From assembly GCA_946405575.1 (NCBI GenBank), contig CAMJHP010000005.1:20908-84907 (forward strand): DNA of 64,000 nt, read 5' to 3'. Positions 9,069-17,347 of the stretch are shown one piece after another. The position numbers were made by a program, and so were the translations under genes. Position 1 is the stretch's first letter; every line of letters begins with the position of its first letter. This DNA comes from an uncultured Bacteroidales bacterium (GTDB lineage: Bacteria; Bacteroidota; Bacteroidia; Bacteroidales; F082). The notes below the pieces were generated by a model. It ran no database searches. It saw nothing but the letters and a program-made list of their open reading frames with translations, and had not been told where the DNA came from.

Positions 9069-9129
9069 CCCCTCTCAAAGGGTAAGCGGAGAGACTTTAT
9101 GTCTGGAAGGCTTTCCCCTTTGGGAGGGG
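9069..9129. repeat. intercistronic nested palindrome
   Basis: CCCCTCTCAAAGGG (9069-9082) pairs with CCCTTTGGGAGGGG (9116-9129) with one mismatch. Each arm is itself a small C-run/G-run palindrome, and there is an inner AGAC-TTTAT-GTCT hairpin. Confidence 0.55.
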
Positions 9130-9155
9130 GAGTTGGGAAATTCAAGCAATGTTTA

Positions 9156-9731
9156 TTACCTATTAGTAGTTTCTTTAACCCTCATATCGCCAAGAAGCAC
9201 ATCCCAGAAACCAATGGTACGGCCTCCAATTTGGGTTTCTTTACGCTTGACGTAGACTGTGATGTCTTTCTTGGTCGTGTCCTTATAAACCATATTGCCT
9301 TCTTTGTCGTATCCACGGAAAGTTTGGAAGATGGTAATGACACCTACGTATGTGCCATCAGGTTGGCGTTGCAAGTCGCTGACATATTCGATGTTGTACC
9401 ATTCGATTTCGACGCGGTCATAGTTGAGTCGCATCAGATGCTCAAAGTACTTGCGGACACGATAGTAGGTGATTTGGTTGGAACCCAACGAAGAAACACC
9501 AATCTCGGCATCGCTCATAAAAAGTTCCTCAGCACGATCAATGACGCGGTTAGCCTCGCTGAAAGGCGTTTCCTTGGATCCAACAATTTTTATGTATTTG
9601 CTCAGGTCCCTCACCTTTTCCAAGGCAAGGCTATCAATGGCCTGCTTGCGTTCGAAACTCAGTTCGTCCTGTGCCATAGCGCTACCAACAACGCACAAGG
9701 CAATCACTAATGTGGCAATGATCTTTTTCAT
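9156..9731 (-). CDS. hypothetical secreted protein (191 aa)
   Basis: Signal peptide MKKIIATLVIALCVVGSAMAQ, with a 4-nt overlap with the upstream gene. Confidence 0.75.
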   Translation of the reverse strand: MKKIIATLVIALCVVGSAMAQDELSFERKQAIDSLALEKVRDLSKYIKIVGSKETPFSEANRVIDRAEELFMSDAEIGVSSLGSNQITYYRVRKYFEHLMRLNYDRVEIEWYNIEYVSDLQRQPDGTYVGVITIFQTFRGYDKEGNMVYKDTTKKDITVYVKRKETQIGGRTIGFWDVLLGDMRVKETTNR

Positions 9732-10351
9732 TTCTTTATCAGTTCAAGTTCATTAATCTTTCCATTGGAGTTGTATTTGATTTCGTGCACCTTGTTGGGT
9801 GAAATCTTCTGATCCTTTAAATAGTTGAGATATTTCTCGATGGTGGTCGGACGGTCATAATCGTTGAAGCCCACATTCTGACTGATGATGATGAGCACTG
9901 GCACATTAGGCGATTCAAACAAACCTAAAGTCTCATTAATGGTTCTGTTGGCTTGGGAGACACTTCCAGCGCGGGCGATGCTACTGAAATTGCGCTCAAG
10001 TGTAACATTGGCTGCTTGTGCCTCTTGCTTATTACGTTCTTCTTCCTCTTTCTGTGCACGTTCACGAGCCAATTTTTTCTCCACTTGGAAGAGTAGGTCA
10101 TCGACTTCAGCGTTCTGCAGATTCCAGTCCTTAATGGTTTGCACACGAGCTTCTTTCTCTTCGAGAGTCCACAAAGTCTCATCGTCGAGGATAGCGTTCA
10201 GGTCTTTCACAGCTTGTTCAACTCTTGATTTGTACTCAGCCTCTGCGGCTTCTTTGGCAAGTCTCTTCTTGCTCTTGCAACTAGTGGTACCTCCCAGCGT
10301 GACAAAAACGGCCAAAAGAACCATCAATACGGTTGTGATTTTGCTTTTCAT
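9728..10351 (-). CDS. hypothetical lipoprotein with a charged coiled-coil segment (207 aa)
   Basis: Lipobox-like LGGTTSC followed by a K/E/A-rich helical region. It is the first gene of a 4-gene minus-strand cluster. Confidence 0.75.
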   Translation of the reverse strand: MKSKITTVLMVLLAVFVTLGGTTSCKSKKRLAKEAAEAEYKSRVEQAVKDLNAILDDETLWTLEEKEARVQTIKDWNLQNAEVDDLLFQVEKKLARERAQKEEEERNKQEAQAANVTLERNFSSIARAGSVSQANRTINETLGLFESPNVPVLIIISQNVGFNDYDRPTTIEKYLNYLKDQKISPNKVHEIKYNSNGKINELELIKK

Positions 10352-10436
10352 TGTATTTCAATTCAAAAATTATAGATTCGAAGATGTTTTTTTCCTTTTT
10401 CGACAATACAATAACTCCAATCAGCCTAATAAATTG

Positions 10437-10444
10437 CAAAAATA
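10437..10444 (-). promoter_or_regulatory. candidate -7 box TATTTTTG for the 10351-5729 cluster
   Basis: Complement of CAAAAATA, about 85 nt upstream of the ATG at 10351. Confidence 0.5.
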
Positions 10445-10493
10445 GTGCTTTTTTTCGTTGCACATGTGGTTTTACGGCAAATTTAGTGCCAAA

Positions 10494-11063
10494 TTAACCC
10501 AAAGGAATTTTCTTAAGGACTTTATAAATAGGTCCAGTAGGCTGCAAGAAGCTTTGGAAATAGATGAGTTCCTTCACATCGGCATGTAGGTAGGTCTTTA
10601 GCTCAATAGAATTATAAATCTGAAGGAAAAACTGCTTGTCAACCAACTGTTTGATGCGACATACGGTAAGGTGCGGCACAAAGTTTTGTCGGTCGCGAAG
10701 ATAACCTAAGTCGTCGAAAGCGTCCAAAAGGTCTGCTTCGAGGTCGAAGAGCTCCTTTGGTTGATTCTTCATACCAAGCCAAAGCACTCGGGGCACATTG
10801 TTGCTACCGAAGAGCCCTGTACGATCGAAATCCATAATGAAAGGATGGTGTTGTTTTGCCACTTTTTGGCAGGCTTCAATGATAGCCGGAATGTCCTCTT
10901 CAGGAGTATCGCCAACAAATTTTAATGTTAAGTGTATTTGATTGGTTTTAACGTAATTGATATAATGCTCATGCTGCAAGTTTTTCTTCAGCCTCTCGAC
11001 CAAAGCCGGGAACTCAGTACTACATGGGATTGAAATTGCTAAGAAAGTTCGTTTTGTTTTCAT
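10494..11063 (-). CDS. thpR: RNA 2',3'-cyclic phosphodiesterase (2H phosphoesterase, LigT/ThpR type)
   Basis: Two HxTx motifs (HLTLKF, HLTVCR). I prefer the start MKTKRTFLAISIP at 11063 over the track start at 11099, which overlaps the upstream gene. Confidence 0.8.
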   Translation of the reverse strand: MKTKRTFLAISIPCSTEFPALVERLKKNLQHEHYINYVKTNQIHLTLKFVGDTPEEDIPAIIEACQKVAKQHHPFIMDFDRTGLFGSNNVPRVLWLGMKNQPKELFDLEADLLDAFDDLGYLRDRQNFVPHLTVCRIKQLVDKQFFLQIYNSIELKTYLHADVKELIYFQSFLQPTGPIYKVLKKIPLG

Positions 11064-11082
11064 AGGTATGTTTTCTTTTTTA

Positions 11083-12030
11083 TTAGTTAAGCAATCCAAG
11101 AGAGTCTATACTTTGTGCAAGTTTTGTGGAAAATACATTCGCTCCTTTTTGGTTCACATGATGACCATTCATAAAGTAATTTGAATCTGAACTAATGTCC
11201 ATTACAGAAAAATCAAGTAAAGGAATATTATACCTTTGGGATAATTCCTGATATGTGCTTCTGGCATCATTTTCTTCCAAATTGTCCTTAAGCTGTTTGT
11301 AAAGAGGAGCATAAACAAAAACCACTGGAATTTCATTATCGCTTGTCTCTTGCAAAAAACGCTCCAAAAGACTTGCTGCTTCTGGCTCGCACTGACCTTT
11401 AATTACACCCTTACTGTTAATGATACTTTTAAGATTATTTCCATCCCATTTGGTGTTAGCGTTTGAATAGCCTTTATAATAATCTCCTTTTTGGTCGTGG
11501 TGGAAATGGAGGAACTCGCCAATGCCCATTGTTATAAGTTTATAATCTCCCCTATATCGATACATCGGAATATGTTTCTCGGCCCAGGAAAAGCCATACA
11601 AATCAAGATATGGTTTTACCAAAGAATCGGTCAAATAAGGATAGTATTGTTCTTTTTCATATCCCTTTGACACAATACGTAGCTCTCTAAAGTCAATGTT
11701 GACAATCACTAATTTTGGCTTTTTGTTGTTCCTATTATATAATTGCCAACGTAAATAACTCACACCAAATGGTTGAGCTGAAACACCTAAATTTCGTGCA
11801 TTGATTTTTAGAACGCTATCCATAATATACGGATTATAGGAGCCGACAGCACGCGAATTTCCAAGAATGACAACATCAGCATCCATTTTTTTATTCATAA
11901 GAGCATTCATTGTGTAAAAATGACCCCTTTCCGTCAACCTCAAACCACTACTGACCATTAGGTCGGCAACAATGGCAAGCAATAAGATAATCGCGACAAA
12001 AACAACAATATTTTTAATGAATTTAATCAT
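11083..12030 (-). CDS. membrane-anchored SGNH/DltD-like partner of the MBOAT acyltransferase (tentative)
   Basis: N-terminal TM helix. It shares 1 nt with the MBOAT stop, and VVILGNSRA resembles an SGNH block I. The function is inferred from context. Confidence 0.5.
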   Translation of the reverse strand: MIKFIKNIVVFVAIILLLAIVADLMVSSGLRLTERGHFYTMNALMNKKMDADVVILGNSRAVGSYNPYIMDSVLKINARNLGVSAQPFGVSYLRWQLYNRNNKKPKLVIVNIDFRELRIVSKGYEKEQYYPYLTDSLVKPYLDLYGFSWAEKHIPMYRYRGDYKLITMGIGEFLHFHHDQKGDYYKGYSNANTKWDGNNLKSIINSKGVIKGQCEPEAASLLERFLQETSDNEIPVVFVYAPLYKQLKDNLEENDARSTYQELSQRYNIPLLDFSVMDISSDSNYFMNGHHVNQKGANVFSTKLAQSIDSLGLLN

Positions 12031-13484
12031 CAGAATTGAAAATATATGAATGACTCAGCTGGCTTCCCAAAAGAAAAAATCATTACAACAAACAGTATGT
12101 ACACCAACCATTGCCAAATCTTTTTAGTTCCATTAACTTTGAGTGGGCATTCCTTGTTCCGACCCGTCCACTCTAAAACAATGAATACCAATAATATAAT
12201 TGGCATTGGTAACATATAGGTTGAATTGTAAATCCATGGTGAACGGAACAAGTTTCCATCTGTCATTCCTTGAATATAACCCCAGGCCTGCACAATACTC
12301 TCTGCTCTAAAAACAATCCAACCTATCAATGCCAAGAAAAATGTCAGAAGCATTTGTCCAGTTTCCTTCCAAGTAGGAAGAAAGCGACCTTCAGCCACTT
12401 GATTGGTGTGTTTTCTATTCTTCCCCGCCAAAATCAATGGCAAGAAAAGAATGGCATGATATGCACCCCAAACAAGAAATGTCCAGTTGGCACCGTGCCA
12501 TAAACCGCTCACGAGAAAAATAATGAATATGTTCCTTATCACCTTTGCCTTTGAGACACGGCTGCCGCCCAAAGGAATGTAGACATAATCCCTGAACCAA
12601 GTCGTCAACGAGATATGCCATCTGCGCCAAAATTCCGCAATATCGCGACTGAAATATGGCACATTGAAATTTCGCATTAGCTTGATTCCAAAGAGTTTGG
12701 CTGTTCCAATAGCGATATCAGAATAACCTGAGAAATCTCCGTAGATTTGGAAGGTGAAGAAAATTGCAGCAAGAAGCAAAGTGCTTCCGCTTTGTTCCAT
12801 ATAAGTCGAAAACACTTGGTCGACATACACCGCACAGTTGTCAGCCACCACTATCTTCTTGAACAATCCCCACAAAATTTGACGCATCCCGTCAACAGCA
12901 GTATTGTAGTCAAATTCTCGCTTTTTCAAAAACTGCGGCAAAAGGTTGGTTGCCCTTTCGATAGGGCCTGCCACCAACTGAGGAAAAAAAGAAATGAAGG
13001 CAAAGAAGGCAATGATGTCGTCAGTTGGCTCCATCTTGTCACGATAAACATCTATCGAATAACTCAAAGCTTGAAAAGTGTAGAACGAAATACCCACAGG
13101 CAATATCACCTTCAGCAAAAGGCGGTCCATAGAGATGTGGAACAATTGGGCAAACTCAGTAACAAAAAAGTCGTAATACTTAAACAAAGCAAGGATTCCA
13201 AGATTGATAATAATATTCAGCCACATCCACCTTTTGGCTATTTTCTTCGATTCCTGCTTCCCTATGAGAAGGCCACTGCCCCACGAACAGAAAGAAGTAA
13301 AGGCTATGAGCAACAAGAATCGCCAATCCCACCAGCCGTAAAATACATAGCTCGCCACAACAATAAACGCGTTTTGCAACTTCAACTGATGCCCCGACTT
13401 GCTAATAAAACGGTCGAAGACAAACCAATAAAGCAGAAACACTATCGGAAGAAATATGGCAAACTGAATGGAGTTGAAGAGCAT
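12030..13484 (-). CDS. MBOAT-family O-acyltransferase (AlgI/DltB-like)
   Basis: 484-aa polytopic protein. The N-terminus MLFNSIQFAIFLPIVFLLYW and the WRRWHISL...H motif are typical of the AlgI/DltB family. Confidence 0.85.
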   Translation of the reverse strand: MLFNSIQFAIFLPIVFLLYWFVFDRFISKSGHQLKLQNAFIVVASYVFYGWWDWRFLLLIAFTSFCSWGSGLLIGKQESKKIAKRWMWLNIIINLGILALFKYYDFFVTEFAQLFHISMDRLLLKVILPVGISFYTFQALSYSIDVYRDKMEPTDDIIAFFAFISFFPQLVAGPIERATNLLPQFLKKREFDYNTAVDGMRQILWGLFKKIVVADNCAVYVDQVFSTYMEQSGSTLLLAAIFFTFQIYGDFSGYSDIAIGTAKLFGIKLMRNFNVPYFSRDIAEFWRRWHISLTTWFRDYVYIPLGGSRVSKAKVIRNIFIIFLVSGLWHGANWTFLVWGAYHAILFLPLILAGKNRKHTNQVAEGRFLPTWKETGQMLLTFFLALIGWIVFRAESIVQAWGYIQGMTDGNLFRSPWIYNSTYMLPMPIILLVFIVLEWTGRNKECPLKVNGTKKIWQWLVYILFVVMIFSFGKPAESFIYFQF

Positions 13485-13515
13485 AGCAATTTCTGTTTAA
13501 AGGATACCTTTTGTT

Positions 13516-15261
13516 TTACCTCACCAACCCCACAGGATACACCAAATAATTTTTATCACAATAGGGAGAACGTTCGTAGAACCAACTCAAAATGGCATAC
13601 TGCGAAGGCTCTTCACCTTTCGGGAAAGAAGCTTTCCATTGCTTGAATTGTTCCTCTAGGAAAGGATCGGCTGCGAGCATCGTCTTGGCCATAGGCTCCA
13701 TCTTATAGATCTCAAAATACTCCACACGCTGCAACACATTGTTGAAGAAACCCCATTCAAATAGCGAGCCTTGCATCTCAGGCTCCAACAGGTTCGATAG
13801 TAATCGAACACCGTTTTGCGAAGTTTTCACTACTGCCGAACCTTTCGGGAAGGTGATTTCTTTTGTAATCTCCTCGGTATCAGCATATACCACACAGCTG
13901 TGACCTTCAGATGGCTTGGGCATAAACTCTACATTGCTGAAACGATATGTATTCACTTGTAATGTCTTCTCGCTCTTCAAGAGATTCATCTCAAAGCCAT
14001 GCGCCTTGACGATGTCGATGACTTCTCCATATTGCGCTGGGATGATGTATTCCTTGGGAATCGACAAGGTCTTTTCAGGACGAGTGGAAAACACCCGACG
14101 AACCTTGCGAGTCTCGGGGAATGTCGTGTCATAGGCATAATACCAACCACCTGTGATGTCGCTATGAACCGCGTCGAAATGATAGCCTAAGAAATCTTCC
14201 CAAATAGTATCATTCAGCTCGGGCTGCATATTGATTGGCAATTTCTTGAGCTTTAAATCGTTTTTCTTGGCCTGAACTAAGGTATTATTGAAGTTTTCCT
14301 TATCACCATGAATAATTCTCAGTGTCTCAACGATCATATGATAAGTGGAAAGCACTCTGTCTTTGTAAGGTTTCAGCATATGGGTCTCAAGCAAAATGCC
14401 GGGACAATTACGTGCTGTGGTATAGGCTTGTGAAAACATAGCCGAAAAGCTCTCATCATAGAGCGAAGCTGTCGGGTCGCCCCAAGGCTGAAACTCAATG
14501 TAGCGCGTGATAGGTATGTTTTGTTTGAGCATTGCCACTTTAATTTTTGGCTCCCAAACCTCGCTCAGCCATCGGGTAATGCCTTCATCATAATTGCCGA
14601 AGTTTTCAATTGAATAAGTAGTGACATATTGGTAATCAGCACCATCAGTGGCGTGAGTATCGAAAAACAAATCTGGTTCCCATTGATTGAAAAGAGAAGT
14701 GAAAGCACGTATTTCAGGTGTGTCGAGTTTAGTGAAATCCCGGTTGAGATTCAGACCTTGCGCATTTACACGCCAACCCATTTGCTTTGGACCGTTTTGG
14801 TTGATACGGTTGTAAGGGGAGAAGTTAGCCAAACCGTCAGGACTTAATACGGGGATGAAAATAAAAGAAAAGTCCTTCAATAAATCAGCATTATAGCCGT
14901 CTTTCAACATATTGCGAATAAGTAGAAACATAGCATCCTTACCATTGGGTTCACCTGGATGGATACACGATTGGACAAAAATGATGTTTTTTCCACTCTT
15001 GCGGATTCTCTTCGGTTGGGTATAGCCGTTCTCATCAATAATCAATAAAGGAATGTCGCGCCCCATTGCAGTAGTTCCAATGTTTTGGTAATGCACTTCC
15101 TTGAATTGTTTGGCCAATAGTTTCGCGTAGGCGATAGTACCATCATAACTATCTGTTTCCAAATAGTTTGACTTTTCAAATGTAGTAGTTAAATCAATTT
15201 CTTTATTATTACATGAGGCCAATAGAATCAATGCCATAAGAAACGGAAAACACTTCTTCAT
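13516..15261 (-). CDS. M14-family zinc carboxypeptidase lipoprotein
   Basis: HPGEPNG (HxxE zinc motif). The lipoprotein signal MKKCFPFLMALILLASC starts at 15261. The track extension to 15375 lacks support. Confidence 0.75.
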   Translation of the reverse strand: MKKCFPFLMALILLASCNNKEIDLTTTFEKSNYLETDSYDGTIAYAKLLAKQFKEVHYQNIGTTAMGRDIPLLIIDENGYTQPKRIRKSGKNIIFVQSCIHPGEPNGKDAMFLLIRNMLKDGYNADLLKDFSFIFIPVLSPDGLANFSPYNRINQNGPKQMGWRVNAQGLNLNRDFTKLDTPEIRAFTSLFNQWEPDLFFDTHATDGADYQYVTTYSIENFGNYDEGITRWLSEVWEPKIKVAMLKQNIPITRYIEFQPWGDPTASLYDESFSAMFSQAYTTARNCPGILLETHMLKPYKDRVLSTYHMIVETLRIIHGDKENFNNTLVQAKKNDLKLKKLPINMQPELNDTIWEDFLGYHFDAVHSDITGGWYYAYDTTFPETRKVRRVFSTRPEKTLSIPKEYIIPAQYGEVIDIVKAHGFEMNLLKSEKTLQVNTYRFSNVEFMPKPSEGHSCVVYADTEEITKEITFPKGSAVVKTSQNGVRLLSNLLEPEMQGSLFEWGFFNNVLQRVEYFEIYKMEPMAKTMLAADPFLEEQFKQWKASFPKGEEPSQYAILSWFYERSPYCDKNYLVYPVGLVR

Positions 15262-15281
15262 AATGACTAGTTTTAGACCTA

Positions 15282-15289
15282 CAAAAGTA
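15282..15289 (-). promoter_or_regulatory. candidate -7 box TACTTTTG for the M14 peptidase gene
   Basis: Complement of CAAAAGTA, about 20 nt upstream of the ATG at 15261. Confidence 0.45.
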
Positions 15290-15382
15290 ACATTTTTATG
15301 TAGATTTTTCTCATTGCAGTCTTTTTTTCTCAGTTGTAAACCAATTTTGCGTATTTTAGCACCTTCAAAAATCATTTATTCC

Positions 15383-16330
15383 ATGAACACTTATTCCATA
15401 GGAATCGACATTGGCGGCACCAACACCGACATTGGACTGGTGCGCGACGACGGTCGCTGCATAACTAAGAAAAACCTTCCCACCAACAAATATTTCGATG
15501 CCTCCCTTTATGTGGCGGACATCTGCGAACAAATCAAATACTTAATGGCCGAAAACCACGTTGACACCATCGACGGTATCGGCATTGCGGCACCGGCTGG
15601 CAACTACTATACGGGCTGCATCGAGAACGCCACCAACCTCAACTTCAAGGGTATCGTCAATCTTGGCTCGGAATTCCACTCGCATATCGATGTGCCTGTC
15701 GTCGTCTCCAACGACGCCAATGCCGCGGCTTACGGCGAACTCGTCTACGGCGGTGCCAAAGGCATGAAGCATTTCGTGATGTTCACCCTCGGTACGGGCA
15801 TGGGTAGCGGCATTGTCGTTGACGGCAAGCTGGTACATGGCAAGACGGGCGGCGCTGGTGAACTCGGCCACGCCATCCTCATTCCTGAAGGCCGTCCTTG
15901 CGGCTGCGGACGCAAAGGCTGTCTGGAGACCTATACCTCCGCTACGGGCATCCGCCGCACCGCACTCGAGATGATACAAAGCACCCCCGATTATGTCGGC
16001 GCGCTATCACAAGTGCCGCCCGAGGAGTTGACGAGCAAGATGGTGGGTGATGCTGCCAAATATGGCGACCCATTGGCCATCAAGGTCTTTGAAAAGACGG
16101 GCTATTGGCTGGGCATTGCCATGGCCAATGCTGTGGCCTTCAGCGGTCCCGAAGCCATCTTCCTGATGGGCGGTCCCGTGAAGGCCGGCGAAGTGTTGCT
16201 GAAACCTGCCCGCGAGTCGTTCAAGAAGCATCTGTGCTTCGTTTACGACGGCAGCGTTGACGTTCGCGTTTCCGAACTGCCCGACAATGACGCAGCCATC
16301 CTTGGTGCTGCGGCGTTGACAAAAGCATAG
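15383..16330 (+). CDS. ROK-family sugar kinase (glucokinase-like)
   Basis: IGIDIGGTNTD ATP-binding motif and the ROK zinc motif CGCGRKGCLE. The start MNTYSIGIDIGG at 15383 is preferred over 15263. Confidence 0.85.
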   Translation: MNTYSIGIDIGGTNTDIGLVRDDGRCITKKNLPTNKYFDASLYVADICEQIKYLMAENHVDTIDGIGIAAPAGNYYTGCIENATNLNFKGIVNLGSEFHSHIDVPVVVSNDANAAAYGELVYGGAKGMKHFVMFTLGTGMGSGIVVDGKLVHGKTGGAGELGHAILIPEGRPCGCGRKGCLETYTSATGIRRTALEMIQSTPDYVGALSQVPPEELTSKMVGDAAKYGDPLAIKVFEKTGYWLGIAMANAVAFSGPEAIFLMGGPVKAGEVLLKPARESFKKHLCFVYDGSVDVRVSELPDNDAAILGAAALTKA

Positions 16331-16355
16331 GTGTAAGAGCTATGATGGGTAACAG

Positions 16356-16380
16356 AAAAAGCCGTCAATGACGGCTTTTT
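16356..16380. terminator. bidirectional intrinsic terminator
   Basis: AAAAAGCCGTC aat GACGGCTTTTT, between convergent genes. Confidence 0.75.
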
Positions 16381-16383
16381 CGT

Positions 16384-17286
16384 TTATTTTTCGAAGTTTT
16401 TATCCAAAAACTCCTGAGCTTCTTTCATACCTCCATCACTGGCCTTGCGCATAAGAAGCTTTGCATAAGATTGATCTTGCGCCACGCCGTCTCCATTGTA
16501 ATACAATACACCAAGACGGTATTGGGCATTGGCGATATTATGGTCGGCGGCTTGGGTGAGATAATCCACGGCTTTGGCCATATCTTTCTCTGTACCAATA
16601 CCATAATAGTAACAGTCACCCATCTGTGAAATCGCATAAACATTGCCAACATTAGCAGCATCTTTCCACCATTTGACAGCGTTTTTCTCGTCTTTTTCTA
16701 CGCCAATGCCATAGAAATAGCAATTGCCAAGGTTCAGCATAGCCTGGTCATCTCTCGTAGCGGCTCCTTTTTGGTACCATTCAAATGCCTGCTTGGGGTC
16801 AGCCTTGACGCCAATACCCAACCGATAGAAATTACCGACTGAATTGTAGGCCGGACCGTTATTTTGTGCCGCTGCTTTTTTATACCATAACAAAGCCTCT
16901 TTCATATCCTGTTCCACTCCCCACCCCTTCTCGTAACAAACACCGAATGCATATTGGAACTTGGCATCACCATGCTCTGCTTTATATCGGATGGAATCTA
17001 TCTGTGCAGCTACTTGATTTCCTACCGACATATTTCCTCCTTGCAATTGGCTGAAATCAAGTGGCTTGCCTTCTTCTAACTTCAAAACAGGACCATTTGG
17101 GTTATTTGCTGCGGTTTGATCAACCCCGTCTTTATTTTGAATTTGCACCTGTTGCATCGGAGCAACGGGCACACCTTGTGGCACAAATACTTCTTTATCT
17201 GTAGGTTGCACTTGCTCTTTTTTCTCTTTCTGACCGCAAGCGACAAACATCAATGACACGGCAAATAAGAAAAGGACTCTTTTCAT
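16384..17286 (-). CDS. Sel1-repeat (TPR-like) lipoprotein
   Basis: Lipobox LMFVACGQ and repeated G.CY..G.GV..D...A..W..KAA Sel1 units. The start at 17286 (MKRVLFLF) is preferred. Confidence 0.8.
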   Translation of the reverse strand: MKRVLFLFAVSLMFVACGQKEKKEQVQPTDKEVFVPQGVPVAPMQQVQIQNKDGVDQTAANNPNGPVLKLEEGKPLDFSQLQGGNMSVGNQVAAQIDSIRYKAEHGDAKFQYAFGVCYEKGWGVEQDMKEALLWYKKAAAQNNGPAYNSVGNFYRLGIGVKADPKQAFEWYQKGAATRDDQAMLNLGNCYFYGIGVEKDEKNAVKWWKDAANVGNVYAISQMGDCYYYGIGTEKDMAKAVDYLTQAADHNIANAQYRLGVLYYNGDGVAQDQSYAKLLMRKASDGGMKEAQEFLDKNFEK

Positions 17287-17347
17287 ATTCTCTGATTTTA
17301 GGCTGCAAAAATACACTTTTTTCTCGTTCATTTTCCACGTGAAACAA

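Noticed and set aside
12747-13646. A 299-aa + strand ORF.
   Set aside because: It is antisense to the MBOAT gene, and the product is basic and low-complexity without motifs.
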